From Nitratidesulfovibrio vulgaris str. Hildenborough (GTDB taxonomy: Bacteria; Desulfobacterota; Desulfovibrionia; Desulfovibrionales; Desulfovibrionaceae): a stretch of DNA of 32,000 nucleotides. The DNA lies in the NCBI RefSeq assembly GCF_000195755.1, contig NC_002937.3, positions 240,001 through 272,000 on the forward strand, in the 5' to 3' direction. The notes under the pieces are model-generated. The model was not told the DNA's origin. It searched no databases and saw only the letters and a program-made list of their open reading frames with translations. Of this stretch, positions 1 to 7,822 are shown piece by piece (the stretch's first letter is position 1; each line of letters begins with the position of its first letter). A program made the translations under genes and the position numbers.

Positions 1-1
1 G

Positions 2-1447
2 TGGTCAGGTTCCCCGGCACGGCTGGGCAACAAGCCCATCCGCTACCTCGTGTTGGATGAGTTGGACAAATACCAAGAAAGCAAGAAAGAGGCGTCTCCC
101 GAAGCCCTTGCCGAGAAGCGCACCATCACGTGGCGGCACAAGGCGCGTATCTGGAAGCTCTCCACCCCGACCGTCGAAGCTGAAGGCATTTGGAAATTCA
201 TGACGCGCGAGGCGCAGGCCGTGTTCGATTATCATGTGCGTTGCCCACACTGCGCGATGGAACAGCTGATGACCTTCGATAGAATCCGCTGGCCGGAGGA
301 CGTCCGCGACCCGGAGGACGTGCTTTCGCGCCAGCTTGCCGAGTATGTCTGCGAGCATTGCGGCAGCGTATGGCATGACGGCGACCGCGACCGGGCCGTG
401 CGCCTTGGCCTGTGGCGTGAACGGTCGACAGGGCTTGAACTGAAGGCCCACCTCGACACGCACCGGCCCGCGAACATCGGCTTTCATCTGCCTGCGTGGC
501 TCTCGTACTTCGTGTCGCTGTCCAAGGTGGCGGCGTCTTTCCTGCGGTGGAACGCCTCGAAGAATCAGGTGGACCTGAAGGACTTCTGCAACAACTTCAA
601 GGCGGAGCCATGGCGCCTTCATCGTGTGGATCGTGACGAGGACCGCATCCTTGCCCTGTGCGACGACAGACCGCGCGGCATAGTACCGGGGCCGCTTGGC
701 GACGATGGTACGCCGCGCATCGCTGCGTTGGTGGCAGGTATCGACACGCAGGGTAGCGACGAGCACCGGGGCTACTTCCGTTATGTCATCCGCGCTTTCG
801 GCTGGGGGCAGGAGGATGAAAGCTGGCTCATCCAGTGCGGCACCGCGCCGACCTTTCCGGCACTGGCCGAGATTCTCTGGGGCAGTGTCTACCGCGACGG
901 CCATGGGAACGAATACCGGGTTCGCCTCGCCCTGCAAGACTCCATGGGCCACCGGACGAAAGAGGTCTACGCCTTCTGTGCCGCCAACAAGGGCCGCATC
1001 TTTCCCACGCAGGGCAAGCAGCATCAGGCTGCACCCCTGACCTATTCGCCCCTGGAGTACTATCCGGGCACGCAGCGCCGCATTCCGGGCGGTCTGCGCC
1101 TGCTCAAGGTGGATACGACGTTCTTCAAGAACGACCTTGCGGCGAAGCTTTCCATTGCGCCGGAAGACCCCGGTGCCTTTCACCTGCACCACGACACGCC
1201 GCTGGAATACGCGCGGGAGATGGTCGCAGAATACTACGATGAACAGAAGCAGGCGTGGGTCTGCCCTTCGGGGCGGGATAACCACTATTGGGACTGCGAG
1301 GTGCTCGCCCTTGCCGGGGCCTTTGCCCTTGGCGTGCGTAACTGGAAGCAGCCACAGCAGCAAACGAAGACGCAGCATGAGGCACAGTCAGTGCCGGCGT
1401 CTCCGAGATATGGAGCCCGTCCGGGCTGGTGGGGAGGTGCGAGATGA
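2..1447 (+). CDS. Terminase large subunit, lambda GpA family (5' partial, continues upstream of window)
   Basis: The frame is open from nt 2. It starts inside a Walker-B-like LVLDELDKY. The Zn-ribbon-like CPHC...CEHC and the C-terminal nuclease-type region match GpA-family layout. It sits upstream of gpW and portal. Confidence 0.9.
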   Translation, partial: WSGSPARLGNKPIRYLVLDELDKYQESKKEASPEALAEKRTITWRHKARIWKLSTPTVEAEGIWKFMTREAQAVFDYHVRCPHCAMEQLMTFDRIRWPEDVRDPEDVLSRQLAEYVCEHCGSVWHDGDRDRAVRLGLWRERSTGLELKAHLDTHRPANIGFHLPAWLSYFVSLSKVAASFLRWNASKNQVDLKDFCNNFKAEPWRLHRVDRDEDRILALCDDRPRGIVPGPLGDDGTPRIAALVAGIDTQGSDEHRGYFRYVIRAFGWGQEDESWLIQCGTAPTFPALAEILWGSVYRDGHGNEYRVRLALQDSMGHRTKEVYAFCAANKGRIFPTQGKQHQAAPLTYSPLEYYPGTQRRIPGGLRLLKVDTTFFKNDLAAKLSIAPEDPGAFHLHHDTPLEYAREMVAEYYDEQKQAWVCPSGRDNHYWDCEVLALAGAFALGVRNWKQPQQQTKTQHEAQSVPASPRYGARPGWWGGAR

Positions 1448-1662
1448 ACAGCGGGAAAGATTTGGGGCGCAAGCTCAACTGGAGGCAGGCGTGCGACGTT
1501 TTAGGATGCAGCCGTTCCTTCTTCTATAACCTTGTGAACACGGGCCTTTTGCCTTCGCGGCGGTACGGGCGCGTCAAGGGCATATGGGTGTATGAACGCG
1601 ATTGTCTAGAGCACCTCGCTAGAACATCGTCTTGCGTTGAATCGGGGCAAAATCATGTCTGA
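1444..1662 (+). CDS. Small winged-HTH DNA-binding protein (Xis/AlpA/Nu1-N-terminal-like, MerR superfamily)
   Basis: The ATG overlaps the terminase stop (ATGA) and GGAGG lies 6 nt upstream. The motif LNWRQACDVLGCSRSFFYNLVNTGLLP...VYERDCLEHL is typical of excisionase-type HTH proteins. Confidence 0.6.
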   Translation: MNSGKDLGRKLNWRQACDVLGCSRSFFYNLVNTGLLPSRRYGRVKGIWVYERDCLEHLARTSSCVESGQNHV

Positions 1663-2083
1663 ACGGCGCAAAGTACATTCGTCTTTTTGCCTTAAAAGCG
1701 AGGCAAGGCGGCAGAAGGTCGAGCTCTATGATGCGTCCGAGTGGGGAGAGCCTTCAGGACGCTTCAGGCTTCGTATCGATGGGCGGTGGGCAGACGGGCG
1801 TTCTGGCGCGCATGCCTATCACTCCACAGCTGAGATCGGGGCAATGCTGGCAACGGCGTTGACGGGGCAAGATGTTACTCCCGAGTCGCCGCCCCCTCTG
1901 TTGCGGGGGATGCGGGTGTCAGTGCCGAACGGACGCCGCTTCGCGGGGCTTGCTTTGCGTGATGTCACCTTTGTGCTGACTGAAAGCCCCCTCCGTGATG
2001 CTTCCGGTCACTGGTTCGTGGGGGTGGTCAGGGTCGGAGGAGGCATGAGGCTCGTGCCGGTGGAAGATGTCAGAGTGCTATAG
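1655..2083 (+). CDS. Hypothetical protein (142 aa, orphan)
   Basis: ORF in the track (TTG at 1637, first ATG at 1655). No family recognised. It sits between terminase and gpW, where lambda-type operons have nothing. Confidence 0.45.
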   Translation: MSERRKVHSSFCLKSEARRQKVELYDASEWGEPSGRFRLRIDGRWADGRSGAHAYHSTAEIGAMLATALTGQDVTPESPPPLLRGMRVSVPNGRRFAGLALRDVTFVLTESPLRDASGHWFVGVVRVGGGMRLVPVEDVRVL

Positions 2084-2096
2084 GCTCTGCATGTCA

Positions 2097-2207
2097 TGCC
2101 GGTGGGGTCGGTAATGCCGACACCATCCAGCACCGAAAGGGATGTCGGTAATGACGACACCCTTTAGCAACAAAGGGGGAGTCGGTAATAGTGGACACCC
2201 TTTCCCT
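2097..2207. repeat. Three direct 37-bp-phased repeat units, each an imperfect hairpin (core GTCGGTAAT-N3/4-GACACC)
   Basis: Cores lie at 2107-2124, 2144-2161 and 2181-2199, with start-to-start spacing of 37 and 37 bp. AAAGGG/CCCTTT outer arms are present in units 2 and 3. Confidence 0.85.
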
Positions 2208-2271
2208 CCGAAGAAATGGGCCAGAGCCGCCGACGCGTGATGAGAAAAAAACAGCGTTTTCTCAACTTTTT

Positions 2272-2307
2272 GTCCAGCACGTCCACCACGTCCACCACGT
2301 CCACGAC
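2272..2307. repeat. Tandem 9-mer x4 (GTCCAGCAC GTCCACCAC GTCCACCAC GTCCACGAC)
   Basis: Read directly from the sequence. It lies upstream of the plausible gpW start codons. Confidence 0.85.
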
Positions 2308-2310
2308 AAC

Positions 2311-2339
2311 ATGCCGGCAGCGTACTACGTTGCCGGCAT
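2311..2339 (+). promoter_or_regulatory. 9-bp GC-rich inverted repeat (ATGCCGGCA-N11-TGCCGGCAT) covering both candidate gpW start codons
   Basis: The left arm (2311-2319) begins with ATG 2311. The right arm (2331-2339) ends inside ATG 2338. Neither ATG has a Shine-Dalgarno sequence. Confidence 0.5.
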
Positions 2340-2586
2340 GTCTACCCTCTGGACCCTTGAAGAACTCGACGCGCAGATAGCGGACTGGAAGGCAGCCTTG
2401 CTGGCGGTCTCCTCTGGCCGTTTTTACACGATCAGCGGGCAATCTGTGAGCCATTACTCGCTGCCTGAAATCCGCGAACAGCTGGCGTACCTGCAGCGCG
2501 AACGGCAGTTGCTGCTTGCCGCGCAGTCGGGGCGTCCGCGTCGCCCCGGGCCGCTCGCCGTGCGGCCCGTCATCGGACGGGGGTAG
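2338..2586 (+). CDS. Head-tail joining protein, lambda gpW-like
   Basis: MSTLWTLEELDAQIADWKAALLAVSSGRFYTISGQSVSHYSLPEIREQLAYLQRE follows the gpW pattern (x-GR-x-V/Y-x ... L-x-x-Y-I/L-x-x-LE). It sits between terminase and portal. The start could instead be 2311. The upstream part of the ORF has low GC3. Confidence 0.7.
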   Translation: MSTLWTLEELDAQIADWKAALLAVSSGRFYTISGQSVSHYSLPEIREQLAYLQRERQLLLAAQSGRPRRPGPLAVRPVIGRG

Positions 2587-2589
2587 CGG

Positions 2590-4290
2590 ATGCGCGCCCT
2601 TCGTCCACATGCCCGCCGCCCGTTCAGGCGTCCTGCCTGTCAGGGCATCCGTGCCTCCTTCAGTCACGCCGTTGTCGGTCGTGCCTCCTCCCCGCTGGTT
2701 CCCGGCGTCGTGCAGCCTGTCTCGCGCGACGCCGGGGCCTTCAGGGGCACGCTGTCCAACTATCGGCCGTGGCGGCCCAGCCTTGTGGCGGGCGGTCAGG
2801 AGCGCACCACCGCCTCCACCCGGAGTGAGGACCTTGTCGCCAACGACTGGGCCGGGCGTTCCATGGTGGACACCATCACACTCAACGCGGTGGGGGCCAA
2901 CGGCCTGTTCCCGCAGTCCATCATTCCGGCGGCGTTGCTGGGCCTTGATGAAGAGCAGGCGCGCGACATCGGCGACAGGATGGAGTCCATCTTCAAACTG
3001 TGGTGCGAGTCTGCCGGGCTTGAAGGGCAGCACTTCGCAGACCTTCAGTTCATGGGGCTGCGTTCGGCGCTCGTCCATGGCGAGATGCTGCACATCCCGG
3101 TCATGGTGGACCCGACGAAGGAAGGGGGCTTTCTCGGCCTTCGCATGCAGCCCGTGCATCCGGAGAGGCTCTGCACCCCGTCTGACAAGCGCGCCCTGCA
3201 CAATATGCGTGACGGTGTGGAACTCGACCGCCTTGGCAGGCCCTGCGCCCTGTGGGTGGCGGAACCTGCGCCGGACCTCTGGAGCGGTCGGCTTGGCTGG
3301 GGGGCGCTTGGCAGCGACAGCTTCAGGCGCATTCCGCACAGGCTGTTCCACCGTCCGGGGGCGTTCCATTGCTTCCGCCGCACCAGCGAGGAGCAGTACC
3401 GGGGCGAGCCTATCCTCTCCCCGGCGCTCAAGCTGTTCCGGCACCTTGCCGACAGCCTCGAATACGAGCTCATCGGGCAGATCGTGGCGGCGAGCTTTCC
3501 GCTGTTCATCAAGGTGGCTGACGGCACGCAGGGTGTCGAGGACTACCTCGGGCAGTTCCAGCAGGGACCCGGCGGGCAGGGCGGGCAAGAGCGCGTCTAC
3601 CACCAGAGTTACGCCCCCGGGCAGGTGCTCTACGGCAACCCCGGCGACGACGTGAAGCCGCTCTCCAGCGACCGGCCCGGTGCCAACTGGACGGGCTTCG
3701 TCAACTTCGTGGTGCGGGCCATGGGCGCATCGGCGGGCATACCCTACGAAGCCCTGCTGAAAGACTTCTCCAAGACCAACTACTCCAGTGCCCGCGCGGC
3801 CCTGCTCGAGGCGTGGCGCGTCTACATGCTGTGGCGTCAGTGGCAGGCGCGTTCTTACTGCCAGCCCATCTACCGCATGGTCATCGAAGAGGCGTACCTG
3901 CGCGGCCTCATCTCCCTGCCCACGTCTGCCCCCGGTTTCTACGAGGCATTGCCCCTCTGGACCGCCTCCATGTGGATAGGGCCGGGGCGCGGCTACATCG
4001 ACCCCGTCAAGGAAGCCAAGGCCAACATCTCGCTCATCGAAAGCGGCCTTTCCACCTACGGCGAGATTCTCGGTGAACGGGGGCTTGCCGTGGAGGACGT
4101 GTGGGCGGCCCGTGGCTACGAGGACCGCCTCATGCAGCGTCTTGCGCCCCGCCTTGCCGCACGTCTCGACGCCGCCAGTTTCGTGGCGGGCGCACCGCCG
4201 GAAGACGATGGCTTCCCGTCTGACGACGATGGCGACGGGGACACCAATCACGACGACGCCGAGGAGGGCGACGATGCCGCAACTGCATGA
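2590..4290 (+). CDS. Portal protein, lambda (gpB) family
   Basis: 566 aa. Motifs are typical of lambda-family portals (DLVANDWAGRSMVDTITLNAVGANGL, NYSSARAALLEAWR). It has an acidic C-terminus and the expected synteny. Confidence 0.9.
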   Translation: MRALRPHARRPFRRPACQGIRASFSHAVVGRASSPLVPGVVQPVSRDAGAFRGTLSNYRPWRPSLVAGGQERTTASTRSEDLVANDWAGRSMVDTITLNAVGANGLFPQSIIPAALLGLDEEQARDIGDRMESIFKLWCESAGLEGQHFADLQFMGLRSALVHGEMLHIPVMVDPTKEGGFLGLRMQPVHPERLCTPSDKRALHNMRDGVELDRLGRPCALWVAEPAPDLWSGRLGWGALGSDSFRRIPHRLFHRPGAFHCFRRTSEEQYRGEPILSPALKLFRHLADSLEYELIGQIVAASFPLFIKVADGTQGVEDYLGQFQQGPGGQGGQERVYHQSYAPGQVLYGNPGDDVKPLSSDRPGANWTGFVNFVVRAMGASAGIPYEALLKDFSKTNYSSARAALLEAWRVYMLWRQWQARSYCQPIYRMVIEEAYLRGLISLPTSAPGFYEALPLWTASMWIGPGRGYIDPVKEAKANISLIESGLSTYGEILGERGLAVEDVWAARGYEDRLMQRLAPRLAARLDAASFVAGAPPEDDGFPSDDDGDGDTNHDDAEEGDDAATA

Positions 4291-5593
4291 CCTTTTTGCC
4301 GAGCGCATGTGGGCCGCCATGCCCGAAGCCCTTGGACATTTCTTCTCGGCCTTTCGCCATGCCGAAGCCTCCGATGACCCCGGCCGTCCTCTCCCTGCTG
4401 ATGCTTCCCCCCCGCACGGCGAGGAGAGGGCGGCCACCTTCGGCGTGTCCGGAGGCGAAGAACGCCCCTATGAACTGTGTGATGGCGTCGCCGTCATCCC
4501 GGTCATGGGCATGCTCACGCCCCGCCGAAGCTGGTCTTGGGGCTACGGATACACCACCGGCATGCTCGACCAGATTCGCCCGGCCATTGCCGCGGCTCTT
4601 GCCGACAGGGGCGTGCGCGCCATCCTGCTGGATGTGGCCAGCCCGGGCGGGACCGTGGCGGGCATGAAGGAGCTTGCCGACTACATCGGTGCCGAACGCG
4701 CCAAGGGCACGAAGCCCATGGCGGCGTATGCCAACGGACTCATGGCCAGCGCCGCCTACATGATCGGCTCGGCAACGGGGCGGGTGCTGGCACCTGCCAC
4801 GGCCACCGTGGGCAGCATCGGCGTGATCTCGGTCTACGAGGACTGGTCCAAGTGGAACGAGAAGGCCGGCCTTTCCTACGCCTATCTGACAGCTGGCCAG
4901 TGGAAGGCCGTGGGCAACCCCGACACCCCCCTTGCCGACAACGAGCGCGCCTACCTGCAGGAACGGCTGACCGCTCTCTACAGACATTTCACCGACGGGG
5001 TGAGCGCGAGCATGGGACTCGACGCCGCGAACCTGACGACGTGGGCGGACGGCAAGGTCTTTGTCGCCTCCGAAGCGCCGCAGGGCCTCGTTACCGCCAT
5101 CGTGGCCGACCGCGAAGCGGCCATAGCAACCCTTGCCAAGGAGATGACCATGGACAGGGCGAACCTTGCCAGCCAGCACCCCGAACTGCTGGCGTCCATC
5201 GAGCGCGAGGCCGCAGAGAAGGCCGTGGCTGCCGCTCGTACCCAGTTCGAAGAGAAGGCCACGACGGGCCTCGGCGACAAGCAGCAGGCGTGCCTTGCTG
5301 CGGTCAGGGCCGTGGCGGGCGACGAGGCCGCAAGCCGCGTGCAGGCACTGCTCGAGCAGAACCTTTCCGCGTCGCAGATCGAAGCCGTGGCGTCGCTGCT
5401 GCCCAAGCCCGCAGCGCAGGCCACGACCGAAGCCCAGCCCCGGCATGAGGAACCGAGCGCCAGCCATGAGGAGCGCATCCTCGCTGGCATCGTCGGGGCC
5501 CACGCCGCGCCGCTTTCCGGCGTTCCCGGCAACCCCGGTGCGGAAACCCCTGCACAGTTCGGCCAGCGCATGGCCGGGCTGCTGACCCGATAG
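4274..5593 (+). CDS. Head maturation protease, S49 (SppA/ClpP-like, lambda gpC-like) with C-terminal scaffold-like helical region
   Basis: The ATG at 4274 overlaps the portal 3' end. ILLDVASPGGTVAG and MASAAYMIGSA match S49 peptidase motifs. The Ala/Glu-rich C-terminal third resembles a scaffold. Confidence 0.85.
   Translation: MPQLHDLFAERMWAAMPEALGHFFSAFRHAEASDDPGRPLPADASPPHGEERAATFGVSGGEERPYELCDGVAVIPVMGMLTPRRSWSWGYGYTTGMLDQIRPAIAAALADRGVRAILLDVASPGGTVAGMKELADYIGAERAKGTKPMAAYANGLMASAAYMIGSATGRVLAPATATVGSIGVISVYEDWSKWNEKAGLSYAYLTAGQWKAVGNPDTPLADNERAYLQERLTALYRHFTDGVSASMGLDAANLTTWADGKVFVASEAPQGLVTAIVADREAAIATLAKEMTMDRANLASQHPELLASIEREAAEKAVAAARTQFEEKATTGLGDKQQACLAAVRAVAGDEAASRVQALLEQNLSASQIEAVASLLPKPAAQATTEAQPRHEEPSASHEERILAGIVGAHAAPLSGVPGNPGAETPAQFGQRMAGLLTR
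5150..5593 (+). CDS. Possible nested in-frame scaffolding protein (Nu3-like internal start)
   Basis: AAGGAG (5138-5143) lies 6 nt upstream of the in-frame ATG at 5150 inside the protease gene. Lambda C/Nu3 has the same arrangement. Confidence 0.35.
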   Translation: MDRANLASQHPELLASIEREAAEKAVAAARTQFEEKATTGLGDKQQACLAAVRAVAGDEAASRVQALLEQNLSASQIEAVASLLPKPAAQATTEAQPRHEEPSASHEERILAGIVGAHAAPLSGVPGNPGAETPAQFGQRMAGLLTR

Positions 5594-5602
5594 GAGCCGC
5601 CC

Positions 5603-5986
5603 ATGAATGGCGTAACCACCTACGAGAAGACGTTCGTCCCGTTCCTCGGCGCGCATCCGCCGCTGATGGAATCCGTCACCATCGCATCATCGGGCGCGGC
5701 GCGTGACCTCATGGCCGGTACCGTGCTCGCCGTCGTCACGGCGTCGGGCAAGCTCAAGGAACTCGCCCCCGGCGCGTCCGACGGCAGCCAGACCCCCACG
5801 CACATTCTCGCTGAAGATTGCAGCGTGCCCGCTTCGGGCGATCTCGTGGCGGTGGCCTACACCCACTGCGAAGCGCTCGACCGCGGACTGGTGTGGCCGC
5901 AGGGCATCACGGCACCGCAGAAGGCCGCAGCCATCGCCGCGCTTCGTGATGCGGGCATCTTCGTGACCCTCAACCAGCCCGCCTAG
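5603..5986 (+). CDS. Head decoration protein (lambda gpD-like)
   Basis: 127 aa with AGGAG RBS, lying between protease and capsid. The pattern G-T-V-L...SGK...GILAED...VAVAYTHCE resembles the gpD family. Confidence 0.75.
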   Translation: MNGVTTYEKTFVPFLGAHPPLMESVTIASSGAARDLMAGTVLAVVTASGKLKELAPGASDGSQTPTHILAEDCSVPASGDLVAVAYTHCEALDRGLVWPQGITAPQKAAAIAALRDAGIFVTLNQPA

Positions 5987-5997
5987 GGAGAACCTTC

Positions 5998-7002
5998 ATG
6001 GACTACTTCGACTTTCGCTACCTGACCGAGGCCGTACAGGTCATGCCCGGCCAGCCCGGGCTGCTGCAGAAGATCCTCTTCCGCGAGCGCATCTCCAACC
6101 CCGCGAAGATCCTCCAGTTCGACGCGGACCGCTTCAAGAACAAGGTCGTGCCGTACACCTCCGCCGTGAAGGGCGGGACCATCCTCGAGAACACGCGCCG
6201 TTCGACCTCCTTTCTGCAGTTCCCCAAGTTGCGGCCCAAGAAGCAGCTCGACCCCGAGAAGATCCTCGCCCGGCCTTCCGGCATGGCACCCTATGTGGCC
6301 GGAGGCCAGAGTCTGGAGCAGGCCGCGCAGAAGAACCTTGCCGTGGAACTGCAAGACCTGCGGCGTCGCCTCGACCTCACCGTGGAGAAGGCCTGCGCCG
6401 ATGTGCTGCAGGGTGCCCTGACCATCCCCGAACTTGGTCTGGCCTACGACTTCGGCATGCCCGCCGAGCACAAGGTCACGCTCACCGGCACGGCGAAATG
6501 GTCGGATACGGGCAGCGACCCCAACGCCGACCTCGAGGCGTGGACGAAGAAGACCAAGGACGCCACGGGCTACGCGCCTGACGTGCTCATTCTCGGCACC
6601 ACGGCCTGCAACGCCTTCCTCTCGCACGCCAAGGTCAAGGAACGGCTCGACCTGCGCCGTGTCGAGGGCGGGCTTCTCGCCCCCGACTTCGCGGCGGACT
6701 TCAAGGGCTACTATGGCGGGCTTCAGGTCTACACCTACGGCGGCAGCTTCTTCGACGCCACCGACACCGCCCGCGAGATATGGCCCGCCAACAAGGTGGC
6801 GCTCTTCTCCTCCAAGGCCCGTGCCGTGCTCGAGTTCGGCCTCATCGAAGACCTCGATGCAGGCCCCGGCGGAGTGCAGGCCGAGTTCTTCTCCAAGATG
6901 TGGACCGAGCGCGACCCCTCCGTGCTGTGGCTGCTGGGCGAGACCGACCCGCTGCCCGTCACCTATGAGCCTGCATCCATCGTCACCGCCGTGGTGGCCT
7001 AG
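5998..7002 (+). CDS. Major capsid protein, lambda gpE family
   Basis: 334 aa. The N-terminus (MDYFDFRYLTEAVQVMPGQPGLLQKILF) and overall layout are typical of E-type capsid proteins. It follows the decoration gene. Confidence 0.9.
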   Translation: MDYFDFRYLTEAVQVMPGQPGLLQKILFRERISNPAKILQFDADRFKNKVVPYTSAVKGGTILENTRRSTSFLQFPKLRPKKQLDPEKILARPSGMAPYVAGGQSLEQAAQKNLAVELQDLRRRLDLTVEKACADVLQGALTIPELGLAYDFGMPAEHKVTLTGTAKWSDTGSDPNADLEAWTKKTKDATGYAPDVLILGTTACNAFLSHAKVKERLDLRRVEGGLLAPDFAADFKGYYGGLQVYTYGGSFFDATDTAREIWPANKVALFSSKARAVLEFGLIEDLDAGPGGVQAEFFSKMWTERDPSVLWLLGETDPLPVTYEPASIVTAVVA

Positions 7003-7010
7003 GAGGACTC

Positions 7011-7331
7011 ATGGCCAAGAGCGTGAAAGTGCGTCTGCTGTGCGCTGTGACCCACGGTTCCAAGGGGGGCCGAAAGGACTACGCCCCGGGCGATGTCGTG
7101 GCACTGCCCCCCGACCTTGCCGACGAGTTGCTGGAACAGGGTGCCGTCGAACCTGCCGACCGCATCCTGAAGCCGGTGGATACGCTCGAAGACCCGGCAG
7201 CCTCGCCGCAGGCCCAGCTTGGCAGCCTGCTTGACGACAAGGCCCGTAAGGACACTACGCCTGAATCGGGGACCGATTCCGGGGCGGGGTGCGGTGGCGA
7301 TGAAGCCGCCGGAGACACCCCCGAGGCCTGA
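7011..7331 (+). CDS. Hypothetical head-associated protein (folded N-terminal ~55 aa plus acidic disordered tail)
   Basis: AGGAGG RBS and high GC3. It is a small post-capsid gene of a kind often seen in this position (DYAPGDVVALPPDLADELLEQGAVE). Confidence 0.6.
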   Translation: MAKSVKVRLLCAVTHGSKGGRKDYAPGDVVALPPDLADELLEQGAVEPADRILKPVDTLEDPAASPQAQLGSLLDDKARKDTTPESGTDSGAGCGGDEAAGDTPEA

Positions 7332-7822
7332 TGATGCTCGACCAGCTAGCCCTGTGGTGCGGCATCCAGTGCCGTGAACTGACGGAGAACTCTGTGTTCA
7401 AGTCCGCTCTTGCTGCCGTGTTCGCGTGGGTGGCCGGAATGCTGGGAGGGGTGGCCAACGTGTTGCCCTTCCTCGCCATTCTGCTGGTGCTCGACTACGT
7501 GCTGGGCTTTGTCCGCGCCTGCCGCATCAGGCGCATCAGCGGGGCCAAGATGCGCGCCGGCGCGTGGAAGTTCCTCTTCTACTTCGCCGCCGTGTTCGTG
7601 GTGGCCACCGTGGACGGCGCGCTCGGCAAGGCGTGGACGCTGTTCCATGTGCCCATGGGGGCGTTCTTCGTCTTCTACCTTTGCGTCAACGAGGCCATGA
7701 GCTGCCTCGACCACCTCAAGTTCTTCGGTGTGCCCATTCCGGAGTGGCTCTCCACCCGGCTGCGCGACTACCGCGAAACCTTCTGTCCGCCCGCAGGCCG
7801 GGCGGCTTCAGGAACGAAGTGA
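7331..7822 (+). CDS. Holin (phage holin 4_1 / TcdE-like family)
   Basis: Several hydrophobic helices. LDYVLGF...K(x)LFYF...VNEAMSCLDHLKFFGVPIPEWL matches the family signature. It lies immediately upstream of the endolysin. Confidence 0.8.
   Translation: MMLDQLALWCGIQCRELTENSVFKSALAAVFAWVAGMLGGVANVLPFLAILLVLDYVLGFVRACRIRRISGAKMRAGAWKFLFYFAAVFVVATVDGALGKAWTLFHVPMGAFFVFYLCVNEAMSCLDHLKFFGVPIPEWLSTRLRDYRETFCPPAGRAASGTK

Noticed and set aside
5-1378. 457-aa minus-strand ORF opposite the terminase gene
   Set aside because: Same GC artefact. The plus frame carries recognisable GpA-family terminase motifs.
2097-2207. Possible mini-CRISPR array
   Set aside because: There are only three units. The conserved core is ~18-19 nt with a 37-bp period, leaving 18-19-nt partly conserved linkers. 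No cas genes or leader are present. The geometry does not fit any CRISPR type.
2191-2337. N-terminal extension of gpW from GTG 2191 encoding a VHHVHHVHHVH His-rich repeat
   Set aside because: The first ~27 codons of this extension have low GC3 (about 12/27 by hand count), against very high GC3 in real genes here. It would overlap repeat unit 3, and gpW-family proteins are ~70-90 aa. Left open only as a refutation test for the repeat finding.
2164-4437. 757-aa minus-strand ORF, the longest in the window
   Set aside because: It is antisense to the portal and gpW genes, which have clear family signatures and RBSs. The product is Arg/Gly/Pro/Ala-rich and of low complexity, as expected for stop-poor antisense frames in ~65-70% GC DNA.
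7147-7156. 10-nt match (TCGAACCTGC) to the tRNA-Lys T-arm as a possible second att copy
   Set aside because: It lies inside a coding region in the middle of the prophage. It is too short and wrongly placed to be attL, so chance identity is the likely explanation.
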